Assembly: GCF_006345805.1 (NCBI RefSeq) | Contig: NC_042997.1 | Coordinates: 80,352,001-80,416,000 of the forward strand | DNA from: Octopus sinensis | Taxonomy: Eukaryota | DNA length: 64,000 nucleotides | Reading direction: 5' to 3' | Position numbers and translations under genes: made by a program | Shown: positions 37,483 to 49,899 of the stretch, one piece after another | Position numbering within the stretch: the first letter of the stretch is position 1 | How the letters are laid out: the number at the start of each line of letters is the position of its first letter | Notes under the pieces: generated by a model | What the model was told of the DNA's origin: nothing | What the model saw: only the letters and a program-made list of their open reading frames with translations | Databases searched by the model: none

Positions 37483-37520
<38 letters not shown>

Positions 37521-37532
37521 CATACACACATA

Positions 37533-39059
37533 CAGTTGCGGCCAAAATGTTCAGAACCGCATTGTTTTCGTCAGAAAAGTAGATATAAGTTTTTATCAAA
37601 GTAGTTTTATATTTTATAATTTTCACAGACAATAAATACAATATTAATTGTTATTGTCTGAGATTTTGGTGTAATTTGAGAGGATAATACAAAGGTTATG
37701 GATGATTTAGTGATTTACTGCAAAACCCATGCCGGCCAAAATGATCAGAACAGTTGAAAAAATAACAAAATAATCAAAAATTACAGAGAATACTAGAATT
37801 ATTTAATATTTAGTGTGAAGCCCTTTAGCTTCAATCACACTCTGACATCTTCGACTGCATGAGGAAATTAAATTTTCAATTTCTTGCTGGGTGATCTTAT
37901 TCCATTCTTCCTGAGGGCATTCCATAATTGCTCGGTTGTTTTAGGATTTCTGACTTTCGAACGTTCTCCTAGAATATTCCACACATTTTCAACAGGATTA
38001 AGATCTGGGCTTTGATCAGGCCAATCCATAACAATAACCTTTTCAGCCTTAAGGAAGTTCATGACCACCTTAGCCTTGTGACATGGGGCATTGTCCTGCA
38101 TGAATATGGGTGGTCGCTTAGTTGAATTTCTCAGCACAGGCAAGACATGTTGTTTATAAACTTCTGCATTTACCTTTTCATGTAATCGCACCAAAGGGCC
38201 CACACCATCTCCAGATATCATCCCCCAAACCATGACACTTCCACCGAATTTAACACTAGTCTTAAGGCATTTAGGCAACAATTTTTCACCTACTTTTCTA
38301 CGAATGTACCTTTTCCCATCTGAGCCAAATAGCACTTTTTATTCTTGGAGCTGATCAGTGGCTTCACAGCAGGTGCTCTTGCTTGTAGGTCATGTTCAAC
38401 TAAACGACGAGACACAGTTTTCGAGATAAAGTTTTCTTCAATACAATGCTCATTTTCCGAGAAACAGTAGCAGCAGTTTTAAATCTGTCCTTTTTAACCA
38501 ACTTTACCATAGCACGATCTTCTCTCTTGGTCATTTTTCTTGGCCTACCTGTAAACTTTCTTGCTTCACACGAACCACAATCATCGTAGACCTTAAGAAT
38601 ACCGTGTACAACACTTTTTGACTTGTTAACAATCTTTGCAATAGATCCAATACTTAAATTATCCTTCCTTCCAAACTTAATAATCTACTGATGAATTGGT
38701 AACGGAGTAAGTGGCATTATATTAATAAAGTACACTGCAAATATTCTTACTAATATTTAGTAAACGAACCATCACGTAAACACATTCAAAACATTAGAGT
38801 TCGCCGGTTGAATATACTAAAACACGGAGTAAAAGCAACCGTTCTGATCATTTTGGCCGCCATGGGTTTTGCAGTAAATCACTAAATCATCCATAACTTT
38901 TGTATTATCCTCTCAAATTACACCAAAATCTCAGGCAATAACAAATAATATCGTATTTATTGCCTGTGAAAATTATAGAATATAAAACAACTTTGATAAA
39001 AAATCCTATCTACTTTTCTGACGAAAACAATGCCGTTCTGAACATTTTGGCCGCAACTG
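37533..39059 (-). mobile_element. Tc1-family transposon with ~225-bp IR/DR terminal inverted repeats; defective transposase
   Basis: TA|CAGTTGCGGCCAAAATGTTCAGAAC ... GTTCTGAACATTTTGGCCGCAACTG|TA. GGCCAAAATG(T/A)TCAGAAC is repeated at both ends of each TIR. Transposase from ATG 38717 with GRPRK, SVKFGGSVMVWG, MQDNAPCH and SPDLNPVEN motifs, plus a stop and an internal deletion. Confidence 0.96.
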
Positions 39060-39074
39060 TATATATAAATATAT

Positions 39075-39502
39075 ACTCTTTACTCTTTTACTCTTTTACT
39101 TGTTTCAGTCATTTGACTGCGGCCATGCTGGAGCACCGCCTTTAATCGAGCAACTCGACCCCGGGACTTATTCTTTGTAAGCCCAGTACTTATTCTATCG
39201 GTCTCTTTTGCCGAACCGCTAAGTACGGGGACATAAACACACCAGCATCGGTTGTCAAGTGATGTTGGATGGGACAAACACAGACACACAAACATACACG
39301 CACACATACATATATATATATATATACACACATATATACGATGGGCTTCTTTCAGTTTCCGTCTACCAAATCCACTCACAAGGCTTTGGTTGGCCCGAGG
39401 CTATAGTAGAAGACACTTTCCCAAGGTGCCACGCAGTGGGACTGAACCCGGAACCATGTGGTTGGTAAACAAACTACTTACCACACAGCCACTCCTGCGC
39501 CA
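39075..39502 (-). mobile_element. Full-length young CORE-type tRNA SINE with an internal microsatellite and a CR1-like tail
   Basis: Head GGCGCAGGAGTGGCTGTGTGGTAAG..GGGTTCAGTCCC, CORE-like GCACCTTGGGAAAGTGTC, central (TA/TG)n, and tail GGCGGTGCTCCAGCATGGCCGCAGTCAAATGACTGAAAC(AAGTAAAAGAG)n. Confidence 0.92.
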
Positions 39503-39545
39503 TTTATATGAAAATAAATATATAAAATTATATATATATATAAAT

Positions 39546-39584
<39 letters not shown>

Positions 39585-39589
39585 ATTAT

Positions 39590-42500
39590 AAGCAAGACCA
39601 CCACAGTCAAGACAGAGGATAGCCTCCCCTAACGCCTGCACAGTCATCACCCCAATACTTTTACTAAATATTGGGGGCCTGTTGCATTAAAATAAAAACA
39701 AAATTTCTTTCCTGAGATATCTTACTGCATGCAATCAAGCCCTATGCATAGCACTCGTGGAAACTCACCTCAGCCCTGACATAGAGGACGCAGAAATTCA
39801 CGTACCAAACTATGCCATACTGCAAACAGACAGATGGACAGAAAGGAGCCATGGTGGAATTGCAGTATACATTCGTGATGACCTCACACCCCAGGTGTTA
39901 CTGTCATACTCAAATTCGGTATGTGACTCTAATTGTATACATAAGACAACATAGTATATGTATATGCAATACATATTGCCCACCGGATGCTCCAAACCAC
40001 ATAGGCAAGTTGGAAGGTTGCCTCACAAGAATTAAAGAAATCTTCATGGATCTGGAACACCACGTGACCATATTTCTTATGGGTGATTTCAACTTCCCCA
40101 ACGTCAAATGGCCCGAAGGTCTCATACTCTCAGGAATGACTCATAGCAAGCAAGCACAGGTGGAGTCCCTGCGCAACCTCACCAATGCCTTATTCATGGA
40201 GCAAGTTGTACTTAAACCAACTAGGGCGAATAACATTCTGGATCTCTGCCTCACCAACAATATGGACATCATTCATGATGTGAAAGTGACACCGACATTT
40301 GTCTCGGATCACAACATAACAGAGCTATCTATGCTTGGGCCGAAAGTAATCAGAGACATAGAGCCAAAAGGAAGCACCCGAAATCTCTCCAATCTGAACT
40401 TCCACAAAGCAGATTGGAAATCTATCCAAAAAGAGATCCTCAGAGAGGACTGGCTGAAATGTCTCTCCACACCAGACATTGACATGAAACTAGAATGTTT
40501 CATGTCTTCTGTGCAAGCCATATGCCAGAAATATGTCCTGGAGCACAAGGCCAAAATAAATAGGAGCAACATTCCAAGAGATAGGAAGATCCTCATGAGA
40601 CGACGAATGAAGGTTGCAAATCGTCTCAACCAACATCCCAAAAGCAGCGAAACGTCCCGCCTAAAAACAACACTGATAGAGATCGAAAAAAAGGCTGCAA
40701 CAATCCTATGCGAGGGAGAAAGCAGACACAGAAGCCTGGGTTATAAAAAACATTAAGTCAAACCCAAAGGCCTTCTTTCATTACGTAAAAGAAACAGCCT
40801 CAGTACACTACAAGATAGGACCCCTCCTCCAAAAGGATGGCTCCCTCCACACAGACAGTCCATCTAAGATCAGTGAGATACTGAATGACCAATTCAAAAG
40901 TGTCTTTACCACCCTGTTGGAAGACAGACAAGTGAACGAACCAGTGGACTTCTTTGCCGCCTCACCTATAACCAGCGAGGCAGTTACAATAGAATACATT
41001 GACATTAGCGAAGAAGATGTACTACTAGCCATAGATGAAGTGGACACAAACTCAACTGCTGGTCCTGATGGTTTCCCAGCAATCCTCCTCAAATCATGTA
41101 AACATGCCCTGGCAAAACCCCTCAAGATTCTCTTCCAGATCTTTCTTACAAATGGCAAACTGCCAAGCAAGCTGAAGGAGGGAATAATATGCCAAATACA
41201 TAAAGGGAGTAGAGCAGATGCCAAAAACTATCTCTCTGACTTCACACATCAGCAAAGTCATGGAACAGATAGTCAGAGGGAAACTAATCGCATTCCTTGA
41301 AAAAAATAACTTGCTAAGTGATACCCAACATGGTTTTCGACCAGATAGGAGCTGCCTGACCCAGCTCTTACAACATTATGATTGGGTGTTGAGGCAGTTA
41401 CTCAACAAATCAAATGTGGATGTAATATACCTTGATTTTGCAAAAGCTTTTGACAAGGTGGATCATGATATGATATGCCACAAACTGCATGACCTTGGCA
41501 TAGCTGGAAAACATGGAGTGTGGTTACATGACTTCCTGAAAGATAGGAGTCAGGCAGTAGTGGTTAATGGAGCCACCTCTCTGAACACACAAATAGTGAG
41601 CGGTGTTCCACAGGGCACTGCCTTGGGACCACTGCTTTTTATAGTGGCCCTCTCAGATATGCCCTCAAATGCCCGGATAGCCACTCTGGCAAGCTATGCA
41701 GATGATACGAAAGTCTCACAGAAAATACAGAACCCCAGCGATGTTGCACACCTGCAGTTGGAGTTGGACTCAATTTAAAGATGGGCTGAGGATAATAATA
41801 TGCAGTTTAATGCCGAAAAATTCCAGGCCCTGCACTACCAGCATCCAAAACTGAATATAAAACTTACAGGATACACTGGTCCACAGGGAATTTCAGTCCC
41901 AGAGTCTAAGTCAGTGAGGGACCTGGGTATCGACATGAGTGATGATACCTCTTTCCAAGTGCACATTACCAGGATGGCGACAAAGTACAGACGACTGGCT
42001 GGATGGATCCTAAGAACATTCAGAACCAGAGATAAGGAAATCATGATGGACCTCTGGGGAACATTCGTCCTCAACCGCCTGGATTACTGCTCACAGCTAT
42101 GGTCACCCACCAGTGAAGATTCACAAAGAAGATCGTCTCTTTGCAACTGTTCAGCTATTGGAAAAGGTTGAAACAGCTAAGACTCTACTCCCTGGAGAGA
42201 AGACTGGAGAGGTATGCAGTACTATATATCTGGAAGATCCTGGAAGGAATTGTGCCAAATTTTGGCATTGTAAGCTACACCAATGCCAAAACAGGACGAC
42301 ACTGCATAGTGCCAAAGGTCCCAGCAATGCCATCATGCTTCAGGACCAGTTACTGCAGCAGCCTGGGTTTCAAGGGCCCACAGCTTTTTAATATTCTCCC
42401 AAACAGCCAGAGGAACTTGCACAAAGTAGATGTAGGGGTTTTTAAATCAAAGCTGGACCTCTTCCTGTCAAGAGTCCCAGATGAACCTACCAAATGAGGG

Positions 42501-42625
42501 TAGCTATATCAAACTCCATGCTTCACCAAGTGCCACATATTAGAGGAGGCTCTTAGTAATAAGTGTAGCAAAACGGCAGTGCATCAGCATGGCCACAGCT
42601 CTGAGCTGAAACTAAAAAAAAAAAA
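39590..42625 (+). mobile_element. CR1-clade LINE, endonuclease + RT, multiply frameshifted, with poly(A) end
   Basis: LLNIGGL, VETHL, HGGIAVYI, GDFNFP, NILDLCL (APE); AGPDG, QHGFRPDRSC, DFAKAFDKV, SGVPQG, YADDTK, RDLG, YSLERR (RT/C-terminus). 3' tail GCAGTGCATCAGCATGGCCACAGCTCTGAGCTGAAACT(A)n. Confidence 0.95.
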
Positions 42626-42626
42626 T

Positions 42627-42657
<31 letters not shown>

Positions 42658-43142
42658 TATAATTACAGTGGTGGTGCCCCACCATGGCTGCAGCCTTCGA
42701 ACTAGAACATTTTTAAGGATATATATAATTTTATATATACATATGTAATTAGATATATATATATATAAATTTGTTTAAGAAAAATGGTTTTGTGTTTATG
42801 TTTTCGTTTCTCATTGTGTTCGACGTTTTTTTGGTGTCCTGTACCCATATATGCATGTATATATACATATATATGTAGGTACGTACGTATATGTATGTTT
42901 TATTTATTAATTTGTCTATATATAAGTATATACACATATATAAGTATATATACACATAAATAAGTATATATACATATATATATAAGTATATATACATATA
43001 TATATATAAGTATATATACATATATATATATAAGTATATATACATATATATAAGTATATATACATATATATAAGTATATAAACATATATATTTATAAACA
43101 CACACACATATATACATAAATATATATATATATATATATATC
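42626..43142. repeat. TA-rich array with ATAAGTATATATACAT units
   Basis: Read directly from the sequence. Confidence 0.9.
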
Positions 43143-43269
43143 ATACAGAAATATACACATACACATATTACCTTGGATGTGTCCCTGTCATTGTATTGTG
43201 GCTATGACAGGGCATACTAATCAACACAATAGTTATTTTTTTAAGTCTCGTATTTATTCTATTGTTGTC

Positions 43270-43900
43270 TTTCGCGAACAGCTAAAAGGAAACGTAAGCA
43301 AAGCAAAAGCGTTTGTAAATCTATGTGAATAGGACACGGGACACGTATACATATGTGTATATAGACACGACATGCTTCCACACATTTTCAATCATCGAAA
43401 CTCACAAGTGATTTGTAGTCCAGGGCTTTAGTAGAGGACATTTTGCCAAGGTGTAAAGCGTTATTGAAACCCAAACCCCGCGTTTGCAAAGCAAACTTCT
43501 TAATTGCACAGCCGTGCCTGCAGCTATGAAAAACCGACAACATATATACAAATGAATTACATCTGTATAAATATACATAATTATTCATACATACACGTAC
43601 ACACACACATAACCATACATACATGTATTTCAATCATCATCATTTTAACGCTCACTTTTCCACGCTTGTTTGGTTTGGATAGTGTTTACTGAGGTAGATT
43701 TTCTACCTGGTAATGCTTGTGACATTCATTTAAAACTAACACATGATGTCAAGATAAGGAACACACATAGAAACACACACAAAACGGGTCTTTCAGTTTC
43801 CGTCTAACAAATTCACTCAGAAGGCCCGGAGCTATCGTAGAAGGTATTTGCTCAAGGTGTCACTCAGTGGGGCTGAACCCGAAACCATGTGGTTGTGAGT
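43270..43900 (-). mobile_element. Two partial or old CORE-type SINE copies (about 43270-43520 and 43770-43900)
   Basis: Homology to the SINE head and CORE (CAAGGTGTCACTCAGTGGGGCTGAACCC). Confidence 0.7.
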
Positions 43901-44399
43901 TGTCAGCGGGATTTGAGTGTTTGAACGAATGCCACATAGTATTTTTCTGATGCTCTAACAATTTCGAGAAGTCACAGCTATATTTCTGTTCGAAGAGAAA
44001 TCTATCCCAGTATATTATATTAATTTGACGAAAAGTTAATTTGATTATTGGAAGGAAGAAAGGAAAGGAAAGGAAGACAGAGGGAACAAAAGACAGGAAG
44101 AAGCACAAACAGAAAGATAGAAAGAAAGACAAAACGTAAAGTTGTCACCAGCAGAATTTGAACAAGCAACTGCGATGTGAGAAATTAAATACCGCATTGA
44201 GATGAAAGCTGGACGAAGTCCAGCGCCTAAGTCTTTCTTGTAAGTAATAAAGTGTACATAGAAAACACGTTAATATCACTATGTCGTACATGTATATTTC
44301 TTATCTACCTGCAGGAAGTAAACAAACGCTCATGTTGATGCTCATTAAAATGTTAAATGAAATACTGATGTTAATAACAGTAAGAATCATGCTAATTTA

Positions 44400-44808
44400 A
44401 TGTAACAGTTTGGAACCTTAACCACTATGTTTTTTCCCCACAACTAATTATATACAGTGTTCGCGTATGTATGCAGTAAATGTATATGTGCATGTTGTGG
44501 GCGGAGGTAAAGAATACGCACACAAGTTTTCGGCGTAACAATAACCCTAAACACTGGGTGTGCGCATTCTTTACTTTCGTCCTGTTGTGTGTGGGTATGT
44601 ATGTATGTATGTATATATACACACACACATATGTAGAGAGAGAGAGAGATGAAAAGTGGTATACATACACACACACACAAACAGTGTGTATGCGTGTGTG
44701 CAGTATGTGCATGTGTAATACACAACTCTAGGGGTGACAAGTTCAAAAAGAAGCCATGTCCGGCCCGATGCCCCACAAACGAAACAATATCGGACTTACA
44801 ATTATGGA

Positions 44809-44839
<31 letters not shown>

Positions 44840-46500
44840 GAAAGAAAAGTACACGAAAATAATGTGTATAGGAAAGCAATAGAAGCTGTAGGTAAAATAT
44901 CAGACTAACAGTTTGATCACTGATGACAGAGAATGCGAATTCCGGTGTTGAATTCCATCGTAATACCCAATAAACTTCTTCTCCTAAGTAACACCACATA
45001 CTCTCCTAATAAATAAGTTGTACAGTAGTGGTAGCATCAAAAAGCAGCAGCAGTGACAGCAGCAATAAACACATGTACTCACGTTATTTGTAAAGCATCG
45101 TGGAGAAAGCTCTGCGCCTCAAAACTTTTAAGCTTTGTCAACCTTTCTGAAGATCGCTGGGGTGGTGGACAGGTTTGTCTATATTAAATACTGCGGACAG
45201 AGAATATAAACGTTTCTCATCGGCTACTAAATCTAAGTTTAAGAGAAACGCCTTATCTACTGTACAGGGTGTCGCAAGTTAGCACACGCCCTTGATATAA
45301 GTGGGCATTAAATGACGTGTTGACAGAATTTCGTGTATATAGATTTTTTTTTCTCTTTTGTTATATTTTAAACTTTTTTTCTTTTCTAAGCGTGTTAGTT
45401 GGCTGAGATATAAAATCTACGTGTCGTTCAACTGTTATAGGTAAGACGGTGAGACTGCTGTCGTCACATAAGTCAGACAAAGAGAGATAACTTATTTTCG
45501 TTCCACACTTGAAATAATAATACTCCTAACAACGATTTTTAACATTATAAAAAAACAAAAGTAATCAGGTCTCTAGGAAAGTAAAAATGGAAATATTGGT
45601 GTGTGCGTGATGGCTGGTGCAGATCAGGTTTACACTTACTCTGATCGAGTAGGCTAACAATCAACGACATTCCAACCGTGACCATCCCGAATTTTCCTTA
45701 CATTCTGAGGTTTTCACTCGTCTATGTTAATGCAGCAGAAGGGACACGTAAGATGCGTTTACGTCAGGAGTCGGTAGGTAGGTTTTTGTGCACAGGAGTA
45801 TTGAAAAATGAACCATGTGCTTGTTATTACGCCGCTGTCAAGAAATTATTTTAGAATGTCTAAACAACTTCACAACGTACTTAAGTCTTCAGGAAAAAAC
45901 TACACTTGACTTCACTTGAAGAACTGGGTTGGTATAGTTATAATAAAAAAAATCAAAACTTCTTTTCTCTTTTGTACTTCTCTCTACTTTAGAAACAATA
46001 GAAGTTCCGGCATAGTTTCGGTTGTAGTAGCACAGATTTCCGTCGATTTCCGTAAAAAACTTCTATTTTTTTACATAAGTAATGAGAGCGAAAGAGACTA
46101 AGAGGAAGCGATTTTACGACGAGAAGGTTTCACTTTGAAGTCGGCCTGTGTGTGTTTGATGGGGTGTGGGAGACAGACAGTATGTTGTGTAAGTGAAGTG
46201 CTTCTGTTAGTGTGTGCGAAGAGAAAGAGAGAGATAACTGATTTTTTACTCGGTGTATGTGTATATGTATGTCTGCATGTATGTGTGTGTGTGTATGTAT
46301 CTATGTATGTGTGTGTTTCAAAGAGAAACCTTCTCGTCATAAAATCGCTTCCTCTTAGTCTCTTTCGCTCTCATTACTTATGTAAAAAAATAAAAGTTTT
46401 TTACGGAAATCGACGGAAATCTGAGCTACGACATGCGAAACTTCGCCGAAGTTCCATTTACATTCAGCCATGCAATAGAATTTTTCTGAAAAGTAAACTA
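44400..46500. promoter_or_regulatory. CpG-retaining region; candidate (bidirectional) promoter and first-exon zone
   Basis: Visibly more CG dinucleotides in non-TE sequence than elsewhere in the window (not counted). Divergent donor sites: minus-strand AAC|GTGAGT at 45083/45082 and plus-strand TAG|GTAAGA at 45440/45441. Confidence 0.45.
46001..46455. repeat. Inverted repeat with ~139-bp arms around a ~180-bp TG-rich spacer
   Basis: CAGATTTCCGTCGATTTCCGTAAAAAAC...GAGAAGGTTTC at 46033-46131 is mirrored at 46325-46423. Confidence 0.92.
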
Positions 46501-46599
46501 CCTTAAACCCACGAACTATATATTTGGTCATTACTTCAGCTTTATTATTATTATTATTATTATTATTAATATTATTGTTGTTGTTGTTATTATTATTAT

Positions 46600-47000
46600 T
46601 TTAGTTTCTTTGTCAAAGATCTTTCGTCACACGTCCTGTGACCTCTTCAAAGACTCTCTATCCCACGTGTCTCCTCTTGATCTGTTTGTTCCAATCTTTT
46701 TATTTTTGGAAAATAAATCATTACATGGGAATGGAGAGTTCCACAATCTATTGAAGAGAACTACTTCAAAATTTCTTTCATCATAAGGAAAATTTTGAGC
46801 AGTCTAGCAGAATCTATTCCTTTCTAATCAACATTAAAATAGACCTCAATCCATATAGTATTCCTACAGGAGACAAAAAGTTGCAGTAATAGACGATACC
46901 TAATTACAGCAAAGGGTACATAGGACCAATGGAGAGATAAAGGTTTCTCATGGCTATACTGCAGTATGGAGGATAAAAAAAAAAGACAAAATATCTGATC
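46600..47000 (-). mobile_element. Decayed CR1/L2-like 3' end terminating in a hammerhead-like motif and (AAT)n
   Basis: The minus strand reads FNRLWNSP-like coding remnants, then the hammerhead-like stem and an (AAT/ATT)n tail at 46545-46600. Confidence 0.45.
46611..46656 (-). ncRNA. Degenerate hammerhead-like motif
   Basis: GAGTCT-TTGAAGA-G-GTCACA(GGACG)TGTGAC-GAAA-GATCTT|TGAC. C3->T mutation; palindromic stem III AGATCT. Confidence 0.5.
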
Positions 47001-47214
47001 TGTTAATGTCTCCATCAAAAGCCTACTGTTAACGAAATTAATAAGTATTAGCTTTTATTTGCAAGAAAGAAATTATGTGACCAATGCAAGCAAAGTGAAA
47101 TGATTATGGTTAAATTGATACTGAGTAGTCATCTATAGTCAGCATTCTAATAGTGTGCTTCTCCCTACTCTTTGGGAAGTATCATATTGAATATATTATT
47201 ATTAGTAGTAGTAA

Positions 47215-47820
47215 TAGCAGAATGGCAAACTGGTAGAAACATTAGCATATCAGAAAATATATCTTGTGACATTTGCTTGAGCTCTTTAGACCATGAGTTC
47301 AAATTTTGCTGAGGTCAACTCTGCCTTTCATTGCCCAGTCCCAGGTTGACAAAATGATGTACCAGTCAAATACTAGGGTTGCTGGTATTGATTAAACCCC
47401 TCACTCTCAAAACTGCTGGCCCTGTACCTAAATTAGAAACTATTATTAGTAGCAATAGTAATAGTAGCACTCATGCCATTGTAGACTGCCTTTAGATTAC
47501 CTTGTACCATATTCTTTGCAATAACATGGCATCTAGATTTTTACTTTGATAAATATCAACACTAAGGTAGGGTCTGGCTTGAAACACAAACATTATTAGA
47601 ATCAATGAGATGGAGAGCTCACTGAATTGTTAGCATGCCAGACAAAATGCTAAGTGGCATTTTGTCCACCTTTATGTTTGAACTTCAAATTCCACCAAGG
47701 TTGATTTTGTCTTTCATCCTTTCAGGATCGACGAAATAGGTACCAGTTGAGCACTGGGTCAATATAATCAACTAGCCACCTTCCTAAAAATTTCAGGCTT
47801 TCTGCCTGTGACAAAAAGGA
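47215..47820 (+). mobile_element. Two tandem old Meta/MESC-type SINEs (about 47215-47445 and 47615-47820)
   Basis: Each has an A/B-box-like head and CTTTCATCCTTTC..GACGAAATAGGTACCAGTTGAGCACTGG-like core. Confidence 0.75.
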
Positions 47821-47989
47821 TTATTAGAATCTATGAAACAATTATCATAATAGATAATTATCTAAAGTCAGATGAATTCTAAATAACACAGGAAATCAAA
47901 TGAACATCGTTGAAATTAACTTATAGCAGACTTACATATAAGTCAGGCACTGAGTTGTATAGAAAAATGTGTACTTAAATATCTTTTAT

Positions 47990-48174
47990 TTGTTTCAGTC
48001 ATTAGACTACAGCCATGCTGGGGTACCACCTTGAGGAGTTTAGTTGAACAAATTGAATCCAGTACTAAGATCAGTACTTATTCTTCCAGTCCCTTTTGCC
48101 AAAAGTTACAGGGATATAAAAAAAAACCAACAAAGGTTGTCAAGCAGCAGTTGGGGACAAATGCAACAAAAAAG

Positions 48175-48207
<33 letters not shown>

Positions 48208-48380
48208 ATGAGTTTCATCTAGCCTCAATTTACCAAATCTGCTCACAAGGTTTTGGTCAGCCCAAGGCTATAGTAGAAAACACTAGCCCAATGTATCATG
48301 TAGAAAACATTAGCTCTATATTCAGTGGGACTGAACTCTAAACCATGTGGTTGGGAAACAAATCTTACCATACACCCATT
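47990..48380 (-). mobile_element. Older copy of the CORE-type SINE
   Basis: Colinear with the 39075-39502 element, more diverged. Confidence 0.8.
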
Positions 48381-49899
48381 ACAAAAATACATTCCATAAA
48401 TTCATATACTAAATACTCTAGCAATCTATTCAAGACTTAATTCTAATTTGGTAAAGTTATTAAAAGAAAAGAAAAAATAAGCAAAAAATTCCCATGAGCA
48501 AAATTGAAATCAATGTTAAGCTGATTTATCATAATAGCAGCCCTGCACACAAAACTACTGTTCAAATTTAATGATAGTTAACTATGTTAGAGTAGTTAAG
48601 TAGTTGCTGTAGAGTTACTGAATACAACAACTTACACAGTAAGACAGATAATTACTAGTTAAACCTGTGGCAAATAATTTAACAAAGTGTTATAATATTG
48701 ATAAATAGCTTCTGAAATAATAATGATTGAAATAACTTCACAAAAAATAAACCCATCTACTTTTATTCATATACCATGATGAGAAAGAAAACAAACAATA
48801 CTTTAAAGATAAATAGTATACAACATATTTTCTTTTTCAATTCTGCAAAGCTTGGTACTCAGAGATCTGATATAATAATTTTTTTCAGCATATTTCTGGG
48901 CCATGGGTATCTTTCCCTGTTAGTATATATCACTTTTACAACTTGCCCTCATTATTTTAGTTTAAATAATTAGGAGTTGTGTATTAAGCAGTATTCATCA
49001 TATCAAAATTTTTTTGTTTTGTTTTATCTTTATCCTGTAATTTGTGAAAAATAACCTTGTGTGTTTTAAGTTGCAAACATCAACTACTGACCCAGTGTGT
49101 CTCGGATGGTGTTAGTGACAAGAGGGCACCAAGTGCAACTCTAATAATATAAACATCACAAATCCTGTTTTTGAATTTTCTTCATAATGAACATAAATTT
49201 TATTGATATTCACATTGTCCAACTTATACCAGCATAGAAGATGGACTTCTAGTTTTCTCATAGGAATGAACATAAAATGGATTAACCCATTCCTGGACCC
49301 AAGATGATTGCTTATTTAAACTTTTACAACAGTACTTTGTGCACAAGTTTAGACACAAAACCAATGAAAATCATTAATGTTAATGCAAAAAAAAAAGAAA
49401 AAAGAAAAACAAAAAACTAAACGGATAAAATATAGCCAAAAACTTGATTTAATTTTACTGTACCTGTACGGAGTAGAGTTGATAATTTAAGTGGAAGGTG
49501 GTGAAGAAGGAGAAAGGAAGAGATGTTATTGTTTAAAAACGGAGTCCTCTTCCATGAAATATCAGGTAACTGGCTTTCTAAGGTTTTTTGTTTTTAAACT
49601 TTTTCTTTGTCTCTCAGCAACACTTAAGTCTGAGATTCACTGGGCCTCTACATCACTAAAAATTTGTTCAATTTGTTTTTTTACTACATTTTAATTTGTT
49701 TCTAAAGTGAGACATGATATTATCATTGTCAATGTTTATGCTGAAGCATGCTACAAATTTATCAGGGTGATTTCACACTATAAAACTTTGCACCACACTC
49801 CATTTTGCACAAATTTCATATAGCAGAGAACTACAACATCCTTCTCCTTCCCAGCTGTTGGTACATTTGATGTATAAGTGAGTTTGATTCTGTTGCCCT

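Noticed and set aside
39440-39502. tRNA-like sequences at SINE heads (also 912-990, 28935-29065, 7660-7722)
   Set aside because: They have A/B boxes only, no complete cloverleaf, and continue into SINE bodies, so they are not tRNA genes.
44888-44925. CTGATGA...GAAT motif in the CpG-rich region
   Set aside because: It has no credible stem II or stem III and reads GAAT instead of GAAA.
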